A DNA stretch of 59,704 bases, filler included, from Circinaria calcarea (Eukaryota), in the NCBI GenBank assembly GCA_051942165.1. It is 7 parts of 7 records of this genome, joined end to end, with 100 filler letters (N's around TTAATTAATTAA, not from the genome) between each part and the next. Parts side by side here need not be neighbours in the genome. Positions count along the whole stretch, not along the records: positions 42,744 to 51,178 come from JAVECS010001114.1; positions 51,279 to 59,704 come from JAVECS010001115.1; 5 more parts are not named here. One strand, written 5' to 3'. The notes under the pieces are model-generated. The model was not told where the DNA came from and searched no databases. It worked only from the letters and a program-made list of their open reading frames with translations. The first letter of the stretch is position 1. Each line of letters begins with the position of its first letter. The position numbers and the translations under genes are program-made. Shown in pieces: positions 48,749 through 59,704 of the stretch.

Positions 48749-51178
48749 TCATTCCAGAAACGTCCATTTCCGGAGTAGTTCCTCGACGACTTGGCTCGTC
48801 TTGTCGTTGTCGGTCGGAAACCAGGGTTTTCTCTCTTCGGTGCCTCGGTCCAGCGGGGGGGGTATCGTGGCACTCTCATTCGTACTGTCATCTTTCGACC
48901 GCAACGACCGCTCTATCGTAGGGGGAGCGTTCGTAGTCACTGCCTCCTTTTCTTTGACAGTACGTGGAGACGGTGGCAACGGCGTATTCTCATCGGAGTC
49001 GCTCAACCACGACGTGGGTTTGGAACCACGTACAATGGATCTATGGGTATAAGTAGCACAGAGAAATCGGGCCGGGCTATGATTTCTAGCGTTATCGCTA
49101 GTCGATTTACGACTCTCCGGGTTAACAACAATAATTTGCGGTGGGCCGTCGACGAGAACCGCTTCTCTTCCTTTAATCCCATGAATTGTTTCGAAATCTG
49201 CCGTGGAAATAGTGTGAGAGAGCTTCGATTCTGGTACGGCGTTGATATCCAGAAGTTGGGATTGAGGTTGTCCCGATTCCAGTGTAACATTTTCGTTATC
49301 TGAGTTCCTCGTTATCACTTGGACTTTGGTCGAGCCTTCTTCAGTCTCCCTCTTGGACTTTTTAGTTTTCGTATCGTCATCCTGCTTTTCCGCTTCACCC
49401 CTGTTCCCAGGCTGGCTGCCGTCTATGGCTACGTGTTTCATTTTAACAATCTTGGGCTTAGGACGGCTTCCCCCCAAAAAGCTGAACTTCGCGCCTAGAA
49501 GTTTGTCAGCTACAACACAGACAAACCGCTTGTTCTGTGAACAGGAGAAGTGAAGGACGGCGCCACATTGCTTCTGAGAGCAGTGGCGCTACTAGGAGCT
49601 GGAGGATGGACCAATGATGAGGGGTGCCGCTTGATAACTTACCTTTCACGGGCTTCTTAGGAGGTGGAGGAGGTGGAGGATGCACATTAACCAACTTAGG
49701 AGGTTCTCTGGGGGGTACTGCTTTCTGTTCTGTTTCTGTGTCTACATCCTCCTTTGCCTTCGCAGCTGCTGCTTCTGCCTTGGCCTGAATTCGATATTCG
49801 TCGACAGACTCCTTAGTTTCTTCTTTGATACCTTCCATCATTAATGCTTCTTGGAATTCGGTAGCTCGCCGTTGAGCTTCTAGTTCTGCCTCGGCCTTTG
49901 CTGTCATATCTTTCTGCGCTACTTCTGTTCTACTGGAAGTGGTCTTGAACCTTGCCTCGATAATATTGGGCACTGCTGAAACTGGTTCGTCAAAGAGACT
50001 ATCAAACTCTGTGGCCGAGGCCGTTTTCCTTCTTCTCCCTCGCGAATAGTGCCGGCGTTCCCTCGATTCTGATATTCTTTCTCGCTCCACTAATTGAGTC
50101 GATTCCTCATCGGTCAATTCTATGTCTGGCGCATATCTAGCCACTTGAACCTTATTCCTCGCATCTTGATCGTCTAATATCTCTAATCTATCAGGGCTTA
50201 TCCTGTTGTCACTATGCTTCTGGCGGGATTTACGAGCTGCTACGGTATTCCGAGCACGTTTGACAGTGAAGACGTCTGATGGATCTTCGATTTGAATTGG
50301 CGGCAATAGCTTATCCTTCTTCTTCGCGTTGACGGCTGAAATGGAAGAGTAGCGAACTCGGTATGAGCTTCTCGATGATGTTTTCCCAGGCGAGGATTGA
50401 TTGCGAGACATAGAGGGCTCCACAACTTCAATGCTCTGGTGCATGGTGCTCTCAGTAGGAAATAGTGGGCCCCTTGTGTCAGCACCCTCATCAAGGAGAT
50501 CATCCGCGAACATCGGAGAGGTGTCCGAGCTGGGGGTGAACAACGGTGAGTCTATTGAGAAAGTTCCTCTCCCTTCCGTCGACTTCGATATTCTTGCTCG
50601 CTCCGCTAATTGATGCCATCGATTATTGGTCAATTCTACGTCTGGCGAATATCTATCTGCTTGAACCTTATTCCTCGTATCTTGATCGTCTAATATCTTT
50701 GATCTATCAGGGCTTATCCTGTTGTCACTATGCATCTGGCGGTGTTTGCGTGGGGACGAAGAACTTGCTGTCCGTAGATGGTGCGGTGCATTCTCATGTT
50801 CGTGGATGACCATTGATGAGCTCGGAAGCCGCCTTTTGGGAACAGAAAGCGCTGATTGACGATTAGTTGTGGTTTCCGCTGTAGCATCGGACATTGGTGT
50901 TGACGGGTTTGGTAGTAATCCAGAGTCGGGCCCATCCTCTTCGCTCTCAAGTCTCGCTTTCCCAAACGAATTTCTTTTTCTTTCGGTGGTCGAGCTATCC
51001 CACACTATGGCATTTTCGGCCAAGACAGGGTGTTCATGCCTCGTTCTCTTAATCTCTTTCATCTTTGTCCTCATTGCATAGTGCTGTATCTCTTCTTTTG
51101 TTAATACCCTTAGAACTATAACATATTCATCCCGTGTTTCAAATCTTTCGTTTCCTTCCGCCAAGACTTCAGGGCTTA
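48749..51178 (-). CDS. Mosaic hypothetical protein containing a cpcA/GCN4-like fragment; 5' truncated
   Basis: ORF is open from the contig edge to a GTAAGT donor at 49642. Acceptor at 49495 joins in frame to ORF 48749-49477. Contains ERFETRDEYVIVLRVLTKEEI, KRARNTVAARKSRQK and an internal direct repeat. Confidence 0.7.
50071..50742. repeat. Pair of 156-bp direct repeats (50071-50226 and 50587-50742) inside a CDS
   Basis: Offset is 516 bp (172 codons). Both copies encode HSDNRISPDR..ILDDQD.RNKVQ..RY.PD.ELT. Confidence 0.92.
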
Positions 51179-51278
51179 NNNNNNNNNNNNNNNNNNNNNN
51201 NNNNNNNNNNNNNNNNNNNNNNTTAATTAATTAANNNNNNNNNNNNNNNNNNNNNNNNNNNNNNNNNNNNNNNNNNNN
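51179..51278. other. Artificial contig spacer
   Basis: N44-TTAATTAATTAA-N44. Confidence 0.98.
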
Positions 51279-51887
51279 CGGTTGACGCCGAAGATCACAT
51301 TCGAGGAGGCTATTGGGGATCTCCATGACACTTTGAATGACGCTCATAGCTTCTATGGCGGTTTCAAAAGGGACTTCGACAACGAAGTGAGCGGGGTGGC
51401 AGTTTACGCCGAAGCACACGTCCTTGGCGAACTGTGGGAGAATAAGGTCCGTAACGTAGAGAGTCGACGAAACCGCCGTACGCTCGATGGGGAGCGTGCC
51501 GATAATTCCTGCCCGAATTTCAGGGCCATGCACCAACAACTCAACGAGAATTTTGACATTGCTATGACGACTCCCCCAGGCCGGAAATCGCGAAACACTG
51601 GTCGAGCCGAAGGTCCAGACATGGCCGATCACATCCGCCTCGTTGCGAAACTCAAGCGCGCCTCGGCGGACATTTTCAATCTTACACGCAGTGTTACCAA
51701 AAAAAGCAGTGACACGAATGCGTTGATGACTGAACTGGAGATGATAATTGCGTACTTAGAGAAGAGCGAGAGCGTATGGAGCCGTGGCCGAGAAGTCGAG
51801 AATGCCTATCCTCAAGATGGCAACGAACCTTTGGGGGAGGATGACTATTCTCCGGAGGTTGATGGTGGCTCGGCACAACGTAGGTGA
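51279..51887 (+). CDS. Hypothetical helical protein, 5' truncated
   Basis: About 200 codons open from the contig edge with protein-like amphipathic helices. No family recognised. Confidence 0.55.
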   Translation, partial: RLTPKITFEEAIGDLHDTLNDAHSFYGGFKRDFDNEVSGVAVYAEAHVLGELWENKVRNVESRRNRRTLDGERADNSCPNFRAMHQQLNENFDIAMTTPPGRKSRNTGRAEGPDMADHIRLVAKLKRASADIFNLTRSVTKKSSDTNALMTELEMIIAYLEKSESVWSRGREVENAYPQDGNEPLGEDDYSPEVDGGSAQRR

Positions 51888-51997
51888 ACCGCATGGTCTT
51901 TGTCACTGGCTTCTCTGACATTCGATAGTTGTGGACAACCAGGAATAACACGCTCTTGGGTCTTATCCGAGCTTGTTAAAAGGTACAAGAAACCGTT

Positions 51998-53195
51998 TCA
52001 GTTGTTTAATCCAGGCCAATCTTCGAGGGTCGTCAATGCATTTGCATGAATCGTGGACAATTGATACTTACCGAAAGTGGTTCTTTCAGAGTTCCTCTTC
52101 GTGACCTGCACCTCGTCACCTACGGCGATAACGCTGGCCGTTGTCGTGCCTGCCTTGAGAAATCCATATCTGCCGAATATAGGACTGTACTTTGTGCCCT
52201 TATCGACCCTTCGATCTTTCATGAGCTTCTTGAACACAGCACCTAATTGCCCCTGAGCCTGCTTGCCAGTAGCGTAGTCAATGTTGATGCTCACGCATCT
52301 CGCACAATTCTGAGTTAAGATAAACTTCGCCTCCTTCGCTGGTTCCTTTTCTCCTTCATCATCCTGGTGTTTCCAAACAAGATCAGCCCAGAAGTCTTCA
52401 TCGTAAGCTGCCGGTGATCCTGAAAGGACGATGTTTGGTCTAAATTTAGTAATGTCCATCTCTTCCCCGCCTAGTAATCGAGAAGACACGTTGTTGAGAG
52501 ACTCTTCGGTTACCACCAGATATGCGGCTACATCTGTGAATTTTATACCGTCCATTGCCTCCTGCTGGGATGTTCTTACTGTTGGTAAATAATTGGCGAT
52601 TGAGGAAAGCCAAGAGTTGACTTGGCTCTCTCCTTTCACTGAAGCATTAGGAGATAGATTGCCAAGTATAGGACGTGTATGAGGACCGATATATACTAGT
52701 ACGGTGTCATATCCGAAGCAACGAGAGAACCAGCCGTTAAACGGAGAGCCCATATTGTATGCCTTGGTGGGGCTTCGGTGCAAAACGATATCCATAACGT
52801 CCAGACCATTTGTATTGGGAAGCAACGGGATATCCAGCGAGCCTTTCTCTCCACCATCTGCAGGCTGATATATCACTCTAATACTACCCCGAGAAGCTTC
52901 GCCCTTGTCTGGACAGTGTAGTTCTTGCTGGAATAGAGCCATTGCCGGAAAGTGAGTGATTGTCATATTCTGGAGACTGCCTCCTGCACCCGTAGATTGA
53001 TCGTCGCGATTGACCTTGAGAAGCATGAAGCGGCGATCATATGGAAAGCCATACTTGGTCACTTCGGTGGATGTTAGAGGGACTCCACGGAGGGACTTGA
53101 TAGGGTAGGTATACAGCTATGGAGGGGTCAGTCCACAGCCTCATCGAGGTACATGAACAAAAGGAACGCTGTGTACTCACCTGGCTGACCTTCAT
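51998..53195 (-). CDS. MOSC domain protein (mARC/YcbX-like)
   Basis: Exon 53195-53181, intron 53180-53117. Motifs: MKVSQLYTYPIKSLRG, YDRRFML, KFRPNIV, YDEDFW, NCARCVSINID, SPIFGRYG. Confidence 0.93.
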
Positions 53196-54231
53196 GGCCA
53201 GTTACGCCGGCTCGGTCAGGTCTCACAGACCTCTAATGTGGATCTATACCTTCTGGGAAGAGGAGTTATTGATAGTTTGGATATTTGGCTCTTCCTGTCG
53301 CGGGTCTCCTTTGGTCTCAGGCTTTTGTTTTCTGTCTGTACTCGATTTGCACAAGACTGGGGACTCCAACCCCACCTTTGGGCGTTAAGGCGTTTAATAA
53401 GGTTGTTTGGGGGAGGGGTCGATCCCGGGTCTGAGCTCGGGTAAGCCCTGGAAATTACGAACTCGGTCACTGCTGTAGCATAGCAATTGAACAATTTAAA
53501 AGCCTTCAACATCCCTACGCGCGCCGGAGGCGAGAAGCTTTCTTTCCACCTCGTTTGAGACTGCTCTCACGATTGCAGTACGGAGTATTCCTCTCCGTGG
53601 TTGAAGAGGCTGAGGACCAGTTCCACTACCCGAGTCATGGCCGAACGTGGACGGCAGCAATGTCGAGAACTCTTATAGAGCGCTGCGTGAGAGATGACGC
53701 TCCGGATAGGAGAAAGGCCTTGGCAGACTGCGCACTGCCAATTGCCCGTATGGTAGAAGGGTGACTCCAAGTACACAGCCTCAATGCTCAGCTCCATATG
53801 GGAGCCTACTCCGATGGTCAAACCGGTGCGCGCGTCATCTGAACACGGTCTGGTTGACGATCCCCGACAATTTCCAAGAGTAACACACTCCCAACAAGCC
53901 GAATGCACCGTCGAGTTTATTCTGCTGCTGTAAATCTCATCTCATCCACCTTACTACAACTACGAAAATAGAAATCCAAAATTCACTTTCCTTACCTCGC
54001 GCTAGTGTCACCTCTAGCCTGACATCAGGCCCCTGACCGGTGAGTAACGCTTCAACCATCGCCCACCACCATCGACCGGAACCATTCCACTACCTTACGC
54101 CTTGCAACTCGCACAAATCCAGCTTTGATCTTAAGAGTCTTCGGGTCACCGTCGCAACCAAAGTCGCATCCTAAACAACCTACGGAGTCCCCCGCCATTT
54201 GCGCCCGGCGCATACATATAAGAATCCAAAG

Positions 54232-56139
54232 ATGGAGTCGACAGGGCTCCGTCGCAAAGATACCACCAAGGGTCCTCCTCTTCGGATCCTCTCGCTAGGT
54301 TGGTCCTCATCTTTCACTCCCCGTCTAGATCTTTTCTACTGACCTCGAGTGCTCAGACGGCGGAGGCGTTCGCGGCTATTCGATGCTCATTCTCTTGCAG
54401 GCGCTCATGTATGAGACATACGTCCAGTGCGAAGGCAAGGCACCCAAGAGGGAAGCTATACCCAAGCCATGCGACTATTTCGACCTCATCGCGGGAACTG
54501 GCACTGGAGGACTGATCGCCATCATGCTCGGCCGCTTACGTCTCGACTTGGAAACATGCAAGGAGGTGTATATCCGGATGACCAGGAGGGTGTTTGAGAC
54601 CGACAAAACTTTTGCGGGTATCCCCTATAGATCGACGCTGTTCAAGGCATCGAAGCTAGAGGAAGCCATCAAAGACTGTGTCCGGGAACATACCATCTTC
54701 GAGGACGAAGGCAACGACGGAACGGCCAAAGGTGGAAGAGAAATCCCACTGACTCCAGCCACACCGGCAAGCGCCTCAAGCGAGCAAGAAATCAAGCGGC
54801 AATCCGTGATGAGCTCGAATAGCACGTTTAGTCCAGTTTCGACCCGCAGCATCATGGGCTCTGTGCGCTGGGGAAATGCAGACGCATGTCTCTACGACTC
54901 GCGTGAAAACCGAACAAAGACGTAAGTAATCTCGTAAATGGTGTAATCACGGTCGGCTGATCCTGTAACAGTGCTGTAACCGCGGTTTACAAAGGTACGC
55001 CGAAGAATGGTAGTTCTGTGCTCCTCCGGTCGTATGACTCTCGGAAAGAACCTCCACCGGAATTCAATTGCACGATATGGCAAGCAGGGAGGGCTACGTC
55101 AGCTATCGGTCTGGCCTTCAAACCTATCCAGATTGGACAATCGGTCTTCATCGACGAGGGTTCTGGGAAATACAATCCAGCTCCTCAGATCTTGGACGAG
55201 GCCGTGGTCAACGAGTATCCCGGTAGAGAACTTGGAGTTTTTGTGAGTATCGGAACTGGAAAGCGGCCAGGTGGTACGACCCACAGACAACAGGAGTGGT
55301 GGGAGGGCTTTGTGGGTGGGGGAATCGGGGACTTTGCTGAAGCCAGGCGAAGATTGATCGCTAAAATCGAAGGATGCGAGAACACGCACCAGTACATGCT
55401 CAATGAACATCTCGCCAAACGAGGCGTCAAGCAGGAGAATTACTATCGTTTGAACGTTGAGGTTGGAGTGGGCGAATTCGGGTTGAACGAATGGAGCAGG
55501 GTAGCCGACATCAGTACTAGTACAAAGAGATACATCAACAAGCCAGAAACACAACGGATGATCAACGACGCAGGCGCGAAGATGGCCCGGATTGAGAGGG
55601 CTAAGCGCAGACATGCCTCATACACCACGGCTGGCGAACTTGACAGCTACGAACAGCCAGGACTGCATGATCTACCACCGCTAGGTGATCCCCTTGCTGT
55701 TGAATTACCAGGCGACGACGCCCCCTCATACTACTCCAGCTCACAACTCGGACCCCAGTACGCTTTAAAACCCTCTCATCTTTATCAACAGGTGCCAGCA
55801 CCACAAGACAAGTTTTCCATCATTTCCTCAGACGAGTTCCCCCAAGTCCTGGACGATACACGGCCCAGACGGTCAGGCGAGATTCAACCCCCGGGCGATA
55901 ATCCACGAACATCCATCAGCTCAATACAATCACAGCGGAGAAGTCACGAAGGTTACGGGCGAATGGAAGCGCCTCCCTTACCCCCAAAGACACCGATTCA
56001 GCGTCTAGACGCGAGCCATGTACCACGATTTCAGATCCCGCCACGAACCAATGGTGCTTCGAAACTTCCTTACCCCGACACTGATGGGCCTCCACCACTG
56101 GTCAACATGGCAAGGAAGCCAGAATTTATTGGGAGGTAG
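54232..56139 (+). CDS. Patatin-like phospholipase domain protein (GTGTG variant)
   Basis: Introns 54299-54356 and 54922-54971. Motifs: RILSLDGGGVRG, PCDYFDLIAGTGTGGLIAIMLGRL, IWQAGRATSA, FVSIGTG, YYRLNV, plus a Pro-rich tail. Confidence 0.93.
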
Positions 56140-57240
56140 ATGAGGGAAGAAGCAAATCACACCGAGTTCTGGATTTGATGAGCCGGAGTTGTTACGGCTA
56201 CATGTATATCAAGCATGATCATTTGGGCGGCGCAGGAACTGGATTTCACGATATACCATGGGAGTTGGTGGAATTTCAAGCGTGAAAGCTTACAGTGTGC
56301 TTACTGCCTCATGACAAGCGTTCGCGTTGCCATGATCTCTTTTTGCCCGATATGTGGGATGATGATTGCAACTTGTATTTTCGAGGAGGCATGTTCAAAT
56401 CGCCACAGCAGGACGAATTCATGGAGTGTGTCGATAGCCCATACCAAATCAGTTTACTTTCTCCTAGATACCATACTCTACTTGTTTATCATGTAAGACA
56501 TATACACATGGATAGCAAAGCAATCAAATATGCGATCAAGGCTGCTGCATAATTATGAATGCGTTGCGTTGGCGGGAGGCGAATACATATATATCCGAAA
56601 TAGAAACACGGGAAAGCGCGATAGCCGTGTCGATCATTGATCTATCGCCTCTCATTCACAGCGCAACAAACGAAAAATAAACAAAAGCTATCAACTCGGA
56701 TAGCAACTTGCTCAGTTTGTAGCCTCCAAAGATACAGTCATTATCATTAAATCTTACCTGTCTTCTCTGCGAAGACTGATCTTGCTACTCAAACGGCGAC
56801 ACTCGCTGTCTCCCCTATCGCGCACTCAAATTAAGACCGTTCCCTGCACAGCCTTCCCTGATCGTCACACCCACCTTTACCACAGCGTACCACCGGAAAA
56901 GGACTGACCGGCGCCTTCTGCCTCGAACTGTCGTAAGCAGCTTCATCGTCTATCCTTCAGTTGCGAGTCCTCCCGACTCGGACCCTCCGCCGCCGACTAC
57001 CTACCGTTCTTCAAAAGAGCCTTTGCGGCCTTTGGGATGCTCCCTACTTCCACGAATTCATGAGGTAGTGATTACGACTTGTGAGCTTTCGTCCGCCCTT
57101 CTTGTACATTCTTTGATCCTGCCTCTGCCGACTGTGTATCGTCGTTTTCACCAAACATCGTGGGCTGTTGACCGGGTTGGATATTGGTCTTTTGTAGGAG
57201 TTTCATACACAGAGCACATTAACAGAGGAGGACCCTCGTC

Positions 57241-59512
57241 ATGGATACAACAGCGCATATGCTCGCCACCAGCCACGAACTCTATGCACGCAATGCCACC
57301 GCGAATCCCAACCCGGCAACACGACCTCCAGCATATAAGGCTGTTGGGATAGCGCTAGCGATCGCCTCTGGTGTGTTTATCGGGGTGTCGTTCGTGATGA
57401 AGAAAGTGGGGTTGCTGAGGGCAAACGTTAAATACCAGGAAGAGGCGGGAGAAGGGTATGGGTACCTCAAAAATGCATACTGGTGGACCGGGATGATACT
57501 GATGATAGTGGGGGAGATATGCAACTTTGTGGCCTACGCCTTCGTGGATGCCATTCTGGTCACACCTCTAGGGGCCCTTTCAGTCGTCATTACCACGATC
57601 CTATCCGCCATTTTCCTCAAGGAACGTCTGAGCTTCGTTGGCAAGATTGGCTGCTTCATCTGTATAGTTGGGTCTGTTGTTATTGTGATGAATGCGCCAG
57701 CACAGAGTTCTGCAGCTACCATACAGGAAATGAAACACTATGTCATCGCACCGGGTTTCCTGAGTTTTGCCGGAGTTGTCATCTTAGCCTGTCTGTTCAT
57801 TGCCTTGTGGGCTGGCCCAAGGTATGGGAAAAAGAGCATGCTGGTATATCTAAGTATCTGCAGTCTGATCGGGGGCCTCAGCGTGGTCGCAACTCAAGGG
57901 CTGGGTGCGGCTGTAGTTACGCAAGCTGGAGGGACCCCTCAGTTCAATCAATGGTTTCTGTATGTGCTGTTGGTCTTTGTTATCGCGACTCTTGTCACCG
58001 AGATCATATATCTCAACGTACGTACAGTCATCTCCAGACTCGTGACTCTTGCTTATGCCTCTACAGAAAGCTCTCAACATATTCAACGCCGCACTCGTCA
58101 CGCCCACTTATTACGTGTTTTTCACAAGCTCAACAATCGTCAGTTCGTCTATTCTTTTTCGCGGTTTCAAGGGTAGCCCCACATCGATCATCACTGTGGT
58201 CATGGGCTTTTTGCAGATCTGCGCCGGGGTGGTTTTGCTTCAGCTGTCAAAATCTGCCAAAGATGTACCAGATACTGCCGTGTTCACTGGAGACCTTGAT
58301 CAGGTCAGGACGGTGGCCGAGCAAGAGCAACCTGAATCTGAGCCAAAAGCCGACGCCATCCGGGGCACGGCTGGCATCATTCGGCAACTTTCAAATGCAA
58401 GATTGAAATGGGAAGCGGCAGAGGCCAAGAAGGTGTACGAGGACAAGATGAAAGACCAGATGGAGCCCATTGGGGAGAACGAGCAGGTCGAATGGGATGG
58501 ACTGAGAAGGAGAAAGACTACGCTCGGAAACTCTGCCGGAGCCCTCCATAGGCGCAAGACACTCCATCCGCCATTGGGTCTTAGTCATTTCCCGGATGCT
58601 GACGACTATGACAGTCAAACTAGACAAAGCGGCACTTCTGGAGGCTTCCAGGGAAGTTTCCTTAGCAGCTTTAGGAGCCGGCGGGATCGCTCAACCCGTG
58701 TCTCAAGCCAGCCCAGGAATTTCGAAGCAGACATCTTGGGTACACATGCAGGTGGCGACGCAGAATCTTTGACGAAAATCCCGGTACCTCCATATGTTGG
58801 CTTAGACAGCGATGTTCCCACCAAGTACTCACACCATCCAGACGGAGCTATGGAAATGTCACATGTGTTTGGACTACCACAAGGCCTACAGCAGGCCAAC
58901 ATAGGCGACTCTGGCCACAGCAGCCATGCTTCACATATCCAACCTAGCAAACCGATCGTGTGGGCAGATACAGTCGAGGATCGTCCACGCTCACAGGCTG
59001 GTCTCGCTCCCGATTCAACCGCACATGGGACCAGACGTCAATTTTCCTTTCAGAATGTCTTTAATCGCCACAAACATGGCCATTCGGCCGATAGCTCCCA
59101 CTCGCGCTCTTCCTGCAAAGGAATCGGCTCTCGACAATCAAGTAAAGAAGCCAGCATACCTGGCATCAAGAGTGCCACCGAGGAGGAGCGTTTGGGTCTG
59201 GTGAAGGGCGATTCGACCCACATGTCTCCATTGCCCGATTACCGTGATGAGGACGACGAGGATCGAAATCCCCAGGATGATAAGAAATCGTCATCAGCAG
59301 CGGATTTGCCTGATTATGAGGCGCCTACGCAACAATGGAGCCATATCGGAGAAGAAGCACCTCAGCTGCGGAACATTATACCGGAAACCAGCAAGTTGCG
59401 GATGAACGATAATGACAGCGACAGTGAGCAAGACTTGGGGAATATTAAGGACTGGGAATATGGGGCGGGCAAGGGTGGTTCCGGTGGTGGCAGGGACCAT
59501 GCCTTTATTTAG
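57241..59512 (+). CDS. NIPA-family (DUF803) magnesium transporter
   Basis: Intron 58018-58066. Motifs: GYLKNAYWWTGM...GEICNFVAYAF..AILVTPLGALSV, YLSICSLIGGLSV, YLNKALNIFNAALVTPTYYV. Confidence 0.95.
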
Positions 59513-59704
59513 TTGGATTTTTTTGGGGGTTATTTGCTAAATAAAATGTATTATCCATTTTTTCCCCGCTATAACTGCCGACAAGTTGTTTTAACTATAT
59601 ACTAGTATCGCCTTGTCTCTTCCATCCCCATATCACAAAGTTTACCATATTCCTATACTATTATCACAGTATATCCATTATGTCACCATCACCCCCAAGT
59701 CACC

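Noticed and set aside
50217..50261. Calling the ORF the genuine cpcA/GCN4 gene
   Set aside because: No leucine zipper follows the basic region, and the flanks are unrelated duplicated sequence.
8519..51234. Regularly spaced TTAATTAATTAA palindromes as a biological repeat array
   Set aside because: Each is embedded in N runs of fixed length, so it is a synthetic linker.
21959..59512. Metal-homeostasis cluster (Cu ATPase, SltA, CorA-like, MOSC, NIPA)
   Set aside because: The genes lie on different, artificially joined contigs.
1..59704. tRNA, rRNA or CRISPR arrays
   Set aside because: None recognised by eye. A covariance-model scan would be needed to exclude small RNAs.

Overview
Eukaryotic DNA from a filamentous ascomycete (Pezizomycotina), judged from short GT-AG introns with CTRAC branch sites, fungal gene families and RIP-like decay of repeats. 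The window is not one locus. It is seven contigs of about 8.4 kb, in decreasing length order, joined by artificial 100-nt spacers (N44-TTAATTAATTAA-N44), so adjacency across spacers means nothing. Conserved genes: an MFS sugar porter, PKR1, a CCCH zinc-finger protein, a DUF1752/DUF3295 (Mks1-like) protein, RMD8, a Ccc2-type Cu ATPase, SPC2, PXMP4, ACE1/SltA, TIM21, a Sel1-repeat chitin-synthase activator, an Atg14/Vps38-family protein, a MOSC protein, a patatin lacking its catalytic Ser, and a NIPA transporter. Accessory content: a full-length mutated Tc1-like transposon with an intron-containing transposase, pogo-like and AT-rich TE remnants, an NLR-type TPR remnant, a very large CorA-like-tailed protein, and an island with two related hairpin elements each upstream of a gene (one gene Uma2/PD-(D/E)XK-like). 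The most striking observation is a chimeric ORF carrying a zipper-less cpcA/GCN4-like fragment in frame between two 156-bp direct repeats. All family calls come from motif recognition by eye; no searches were run.
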